Assembly (NCBI RefSeq): GCF_044704955.1
Contig: NC_091987.1
Span: forward strand, 148,552,001-148,616,000
Length of the DNA stretch: 64,000 nt
Direction of reading: 5' to 3'
Source of the DNA: Pristiophorus japonicus
Taxonomy: Eukaryota
This document shows positions 58,288 to 64,000 of the stretch, piece by piece. The position numbers and the translations under genes are program-made. How positions within the stretch are numbered: position 1 is the first letter of the stretch; every line of letters starts with the position of its first letter. The notes under the pieces were generated by a model. That model did no database searches. It saw only the letters and a program-made list of their open reading frames with translations, and was not told the origin of the DNA.

Positions 58288-60513
58288 ACAGTGAGAGTGT
58301 GAAAATGGAGAGTGAGAGAATAAAACTGAGAGTGAGAATGAGAGAGATTGAAACAGGGAGAGAGAGATCGAGAATACAAGAGTGAAACAGAGAGTGGGAG
58401 AGAGAGAGAGTGAAACAGGGAGTGGGAGAGAGAGAGAGTGAGAGGGAGAGGGAGAGTGAGAGTGAAACTGGGAGAGTGAAAGTGACAGAGTTAGTAAGTG
58501 AGTGAGAGAGAGAATGAAATAGGGAGAGGGAGCGAGTTAGTGAAACCGGGAGAGGGAGAGTGAATGAAACACGGAGAGGGAGAGGGAGAGAGCGAGAGAA
58601 ACAGGGAGAGTGGGAGAGTGATAGATTGAAACCGGGAGAGAGAGGGAAACAGGGAGAGTGAGAGATAGAGAGAGTGAAACAGTGAGAGTGAGAGTCAAAC
58701 AGGGAGAGGAAGAGTGCGAAAGAGAGTGAGAGAGTGAAACAGGGAGAGTGAAACATGGAGAATGAGAATGTAAAACAGGGAAAGGGAGCGAGAGAGAGAG
58801 AGAGTGAGAGAGAGAGAAAGAGAGAGTGAAGCAGGGAAAGTGAGAGAGGGTGCGTAAAACTGGGAGAGCATGAAACAGGGAGAGTGAGAGAGTCAAACAG
58901 GGAGAGAGAGAGAGAGAAGCAGGAGAGTGAGAGTGAAACAGGGAGAGTGAGAGAGTGTGAAATAGGGAGGAAGGGGAGAGAGAGAGCAGGGAGGGTGAGA
59001 GTGACAGTGAGAGTGTGAAACCGGGAGAGTGAGAATGAAACCGGGAGAGAGTGAGAGTGGGAGAGTGAGAGAGAGTGAAACAGGGAGAGTGAGAGAGTGA
59101 GTGAAACCAGGAGAGAGAGAGTGAGAGTAAAACAGGGAGGGAGAATGAAACAGGGAGAGTGAGAGAGAATGAAACAGAGAGAGAGAGTGAAACAGAGAGA
59201 GTGAGAGAGCGAGTGAGTGAAACAGGGAGAGTGATAGTGAGATAGTGAAGCAGGCAGAGCGAGAGAGTCAAACAGGGAGAGGAAGAGTGCGGAAAAGAGT
59301 GAGAGAGTGAAACAGGGAGAATGAGAGCGAGAGAGTGAGAGTGAACCACAGAGAGAGAGAGTGAGAGAGATTGAAATAGGGAAAGGGAGTGAGAAAGAGT
59401 GAAATGGGGGAGAGAGAGAGAGAGAGAGAGAGAGAGTGAGGTGAAACATGGAAAGGGAGAGAAATAGAGAATGAGAGAAACAGGGAGAGTGAGAGAGAGA
59501 GAGAGTGAAACAGGGTGAGGGAGAGTGAAATAGAGAGTGTGAGTGAAACATGGAGAGGGAGGAATAGAGAGAATGAGAGAAATAGGGAGAGTGAGAGTGA
59601 AACAGGCAGAGTGAAACAGTGAGAGTGAGAGAGTCAAATAGGGAGAGTGAGAGAAACAGGGAGAGGGAGAGGAAGAGAGAGAAACAGAGAGAGTGAGAGA
59701 GAATGCATGAAACAGGGAGCGTGAAACAGGGAGAGGGCGAGTGAAAAAGAGTGAAACAGGGAGAGGGAAACGGTGAGAGAGAGAGAAGCAGGGAGAGTGA
59801 GAGAGTGAAACCGGGAGAGTGAGAATGAAACCAGGAAAGTGAGAGTGAGAGTGAAGCAGGGAGAGGGAGAGGGAGTGAGTGAAACAGGGAGAGGGAGAGT
59901 GAGTGAGTGAAACCGGGAGAGGGAGTGAAACAGGGAGATTGAGAGGGAGAGAGTGAAACAGTGAGAGTGAGAGAGTCAAACAGGGAGAGGAAGAGTGCGA
60001 AAAAGAGTGAGAGAGTGAAACAGAGAGTGAGAGCGAGCGAGAGAGAGAGGAGAATGAGAGCGATTGAAACAGGGAGAGAGAGAGAGAGGGAGAGTGAGAA
60101 AGAGTGAAACGGAGTGTGAGAGAGAGAGTGAAACAGTGAGAGTGTGAGAGTCAAACATGGAGAGGAAGAGTGCGAGAGAGTGAGAGTGTGAAACAGGGAG
60201 AGTGAGATCGAGAGTGAGAGTGTGGGAGAGTAAAACAGGGAGGGAGAGTGAGAGAGTGAAACAGGGAGAGTGAGAGAGTGAAACAGGGAGAGTGAGGGAG
60301 AGTAAAACAGGGAGGGAGAGTAAGAGAGTGAAACAGGGAGAGTGAGAGAGAGTGAAACAGGGAGAGAGGGAGAGTGAGTGAAACAGGGAGAGTCAGTGAG
60401 AGAATGAGTGAAGCAGGGAGATGGAGAGAGAGAGAATGAGTGAAGCAGGGAGATGGAGAGTGAGAGAGCGTCAAACAGGGAGAGTGAGAGTGAGAGAGTG
60501 AAACAGGGAGAGT

Positions 60514-60545
<32 letters not shown>

Positions 60546-61522
60546 ATGAAACAGGGAGAGTTAGTGAAACTGGGAGAGGAAGAGTGAGTGAAACACGGAG
60601 AGGGAGAGGGAGAGGGAGAGTGAAACAGGGAGAATGTGAAACAGGGAGAGTGGGAGTCAAACAGGGAGAGGAAGAGTGCGAAAGAGAATGAGAGAGTGAA
60701 ATTGGGCGAGAGAGTGAAATGGAGAATGAGAGAAACAGGGAGAAGGGGAGAGAGTGAAACAGTGAGAGTGAGTCAAACAGGGAGAGGAAGAGTGCGAAAG
60801 AGAATGAGAGAGTGAAACAGGGAGAGTGAGAGGGAGAGTGAGAAAGAGTGAAACGGAGTGTGAGAGAGAGAGTGAAACAATGAGAGTGAGAGAGTCAAAC
60901 ATGGAGAGTAAGAGTGCGAAAGAGAGTGAGAGTGTGAAACAGGGAGAGTGAGAAAGAGAGCGAGAGAGAGGGAGAGTGAGAGAGAGTAAAACAGTGAGAG
61001 TGAGTGAAACATGGAGAGGGAGAGAAAAGAGAATGAGAGAAACAGGGAGCGTGAGAGTGAAACAGAGAGTGAGAATGAGAGAGAGAGAGGGAGGGAGAGA
61101 GAGAGAAACAGGGAGAGTGAGAGAGAATGCATGAAACAAGGAGAGTGAAACAGGGAGTGGGAGAGTGAGAAAGAGTGAAACAGGGAGAAAGAGAGTGAGC
61201 GAGGGATTGAAACAGGGAGAGAGAGAGAGATAGAGTGGAACAGGGAGAACGAGAGTGAGATGGTGAAACCGGGAGAGTGAGAGTGAAACTAGGAGAATGA
61301 GACTGAGAGTGAAAAAGGGAGAGTGAGAGAGTGAAATAGTGAGAGTGAGAGAGTCAAACAGGGAGAGGAAGAGTGCGAAAGAGAATGAGAGAGTGAAACA
61401 GGGAGAGAGAGTGAAACAGGAAGAGTGAGAGAGAGGAACAGGGAGAGGGAGAGGGAGAGAGAGTACAACAGGGAGAGTGAGAGTGAAACAGGGAGAGTGA
61501 GAGTGAGAGAGTGTGAAACAGG

Positions 61523-61554
<32 letters not shown>

Positions 61555-62372
61555 AGCAGGGAGGGTGAGCGTGACAGTGAGTGAGTGAAACTGGGAGAGG
61601 GAGAGTGAGTGAGTAAAACAGGGAGAGTGAGAGTAAGGGAGAGTAAAACAGGGAGGTAGAGTGAGAGAGTGAAACAGGGAGAGTGAGAGAGAGTGAAACA
61701 GGGTGAGAGGGAGAGTGAGTGAAACAGGGAGAGTCAGAGAGAGAATGAGTGAAACAGGGAGAGGGAGAGTGAGAGAGAGTGAAACAGGGAGAGTGAGAGT
61801 GAGAGTGAAACAGGGAGTGTGAGAGTGAGTGAAACAGGGAGTGAGAGAGAGAAACAGTGAGAGTGGGAAAGTCAAACAGGGAGAGTGAATGAAACGGAGA
61901 GTGAGAGAGAGAGTGAAACAGGGAGAATGAGAGCGTGAAACAGAGAGTGAGAGTGAGAGAGCAACAGAGGGTGAGTGAGAGAGAGAGAGAGAAAGAGAGT
62001 GAAAACGTGAGAGTCAAACAGGGAGAGGAAGAGTGTAAAAGTGAGAGAGTGAAACAGGGAGAGAGTGAGAGAAACAGGGAGAGAGAGAGAGAACCAGGGA
62101 GAGGGAGAGTGAGAGTGATTGAAACAGAGAGAGGGGGAGAGAGGGAAACAGGAGGAGTGAGAGAGAGAGAAAGAGAGTGTGAAACAGTGTGAGTGTGAAA
62201 CAGGGTGAGTGACAGATTGAAATCGGGTGAGTGAGAGTGAGAGAGAGTGAAACAGGGAGAGAGAGAGTGAGAGCAAAACAGGGAGAGTGAGAGAGAGAGA
62301 GAGTGAAAGAGTGAGTGAGAGTCAAACAGGAAGAGGAAGAGTGTGAGAGTGAGAGTGAAACAGGGATAGAGA

Positions 62373-62608
62373 TGTGGTATATGTAGCACACAAATCACTG
62401 ACTCCACACGGTCTGGTGTAAAACTAACTGCTGTGACCTTCGTCCTTTATTGTTCAGCTCCAGAGTGCCTCTCAGGTGTGGTGGTCAGCCTTTTATAGCG
62501 CCTGTTGCAGGCACTTCCAGGTTTCCCACCACAGCGCCCTCTGTGGTGTAGCATTGTGCTTACATTACATTTAAGGTACCAGGACGATACACACATCAAT
62601 ACATAACA
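62373..62608 (-). repeat. Putative 3' LTR (236 bp)
   Basis: Minus strand starts TGTTATGTATT, ends ACCACA, and has TATAAAA followed by AATAAA. The partner LTR is not in the window. Confidence 0.7.
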
Positions 62609-63422
62609 TCACACTTGTCCAACGGAAGGCAGGTAGGCATAGTCAGTGCGTTAGTATGGTACATGTTATCTGGTACATTAACTAGTTATTGACTGGTAAC
62701 GGATCCCTGATTTCCTTGTGAGCCCTTATCAACGTGTTCAGTTGCTCTTGCATTATCAATAGTTTGAAATAGAAGCAAGAAATGTAAAAAAAAATGCACA
62801 GGTATTCAGTATATAAAAAATATTGTTAGCATTCTACAAAAATGGTGCAGAGGTTATTTAATATACAGATAATTATTTTTATAGTTATATTTTACCCAAA
62901 TACAGTGGCCATTCAGCATAAAAAAATAAATTCTTGTTATAAATTCGCCATCTCACATTAACCTAGCTCATTTTAGACTCGCTCTGCCTTACAGAAGTCC
63001 TTTGTGGTGACCACCTCATGGTAAGGCCCTTTTAAGACTCCCGGGTGCATTTCGTTTTTAAGGCGCCATATTTGATGCAGAAGGATTCCACGAGGCTTCT
63101 CCTTGGGCGCCACCATCTTTGACGCTCTGCTGCTCTGGACACGATGCCGCTGCCATCTTGCTCTCCGTCGCTCTGGATGCCCTCCACCATCGTAGCCTCC
63201 GCTCCCACCTGACTTGCCGCTTCTCCTGCAGCCATCGTCGTCGCTTCTCCGACGGCCACGGTAGCCGCCTCCCATGCGGCCGTCGACCTCCAGCTGCTGC
63301 CGCCGCCCGACTCCCCCTCTGCGTGGGCCCCTCCAATCCGCCAGCCATCCTGGATCCTTCGCACCCCGCCCGCAGCGCCCCGCCAGCTCACCCCCCCCCA
63401 CTCGGCCCCTCTCTGCAGGGCT

Positions 63423-63618
63423 GCTTGCCTGTGGGGGCTGAGGCTGCAGGATCTCTGTGTGAGGTCCGGGGCTGGGGCTTGCCTGTGGGTGGATTAAGGC
63501 TGCAGGATCTCTGTGTGAGATCCGGGCCTGGGGCTTGCCTGTGGGTGGATTAAGGCTGCAGGATCTCTGTGTGAGGTCCGGGGCTGGGGCTTGCCTGTGG
63601 GTGGATTGAAGCTGCAGC
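63423..63618. repeat. 56-bp tandem repeat, ~3.5 copies
   Basis: GCTTGCCTGTGGG starts at 63423, 63477, 63533 and 63589. Confidence 0.92.
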
Positions 63619-63689
63619 TCCAGCTCGGTTGGCGCTGCTCTCTGGGGACCCGGGGCACGGCAGCGCCCCGGGGAGTGATGAAGTCTTCC

Positions 63690-63994
63690 CAGCTCCCACG
63701 GACCGTCCCCATCCACCTGCAGCCGAGGAGTGTCGGCCCATCGCCTGCAACGACCCACAAAGGTAAACTGTGCGTCTCGTCCCCGTGGGATACTTGCACC
63801 ATCGCTCTGCCAAAAACAGGTATCAGTTCCCTGGTGTAGGTACGCAGCTTCGCCGTGACCGGGACCAGCTTGGGTCGTGTAACTGGGTTAATCCACAGTT
63901 TATCAAAAGTTCTACAACTCATCAACGATGGACCCGAGCCCGTGTCCACTTCCACACTCACAAGGACTCCGTTGATTTTTACTTCCCTTATCAC
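63690..63994 (-). CDS. Gypsy aspartic protease domain (partial ORF)
   Basis: VKINGVLVSVEVDTGSGPSLMS...KLRTYT...LPLWVVAGDGPTLLGCRWM contains the DTG catalytic motif and an LLG motif. Confidence 0.8.
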
Positions 63995-64000
63995 TGGGGG

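Larger units (their letters stand above)
24060..62372 (+). repeat. ~38-kb purine-rich complex satellite, core GAGAGTGAAACAGGGAGA with (GA)n/GAGT spacers
   Basis: The core recurs every ~15-40 bp throughout; the plus strand is overwhelmingly G/A; rare marker words recur at kb spacing. Confidence 0.97.
62373..64000 (-). mobile_element. Gypsy-type LTR element, probably non-autonomous; runs off the window
   Basis: A TG...CA-bounded LTR and a retroviral-type aspartic protease only ~1.1 kb away, with no RT, RNase H or integrase between them. Confidence 0.75.

Noticed and set aside
24053-62407. Dozens of long Ser/Leu/His/Phe ORFs (up to 771 aa) and Arg/Glu ORFs
   Set aside because: They are translations of the satellite, open in several overlapping frames because the CT-rich strand has few stop codons; no domain content.
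62973-63758. 261-aa GC-rich ORF and overlapping ORFs
   Set aside because: They lie in the repeat-containing interior of the LTR element, with no recognisable domain.

Overview
Vertebrate genomic DNA, most likely from a shark or other cartilaginous fish (inferred from the MHC class I leader and alpha1 sequence and the repeat families). The only host gene is the 5' part of an MHC class I heavy-chain gene on the minus strand. Its leader exon is 14820-14868 (MIGLIVLALLCGGVSA), intron 1 is 13.4 kb and packed with transposons, and the alpha1 exon is 1123-1383; the rest of the gene lies left of the window. The alpha1 domain looks non-classical (Q84, no N86 glycan site, S26, R60, I63). Intron 1 holds a nested series: a CR1-type LINE, a PIF/Harbinger element (transposase plus Myb/SANT gene, both decayed) inserted into it, and a Gypsy LTR element inserted into the Harbinger. 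The proximal promoter has ISRE, S-X1-X2, a second X1-X2-Y, CCAAT and a TATA-like box. About 9 kb further upstream a second well-spaced X1-X2-Y module with a kappaB site and GC box (23924-24032) directly abuts a ~38-kb purine-rich satellite (24060-62372). The satellite core GAGAGTGAAAC is one base from an ISRE/IRF element, and exact ISRE cores cluster at its promoter-facing edge. The satellite has kb-scale higher-order duplications and one young CR1 insertion, and ends at a minus-strand LTR element. Almost all long ORFs in the track are low-complexity artefacts or transposon remnants. There are two N gaps (75-274, 16431-16627).
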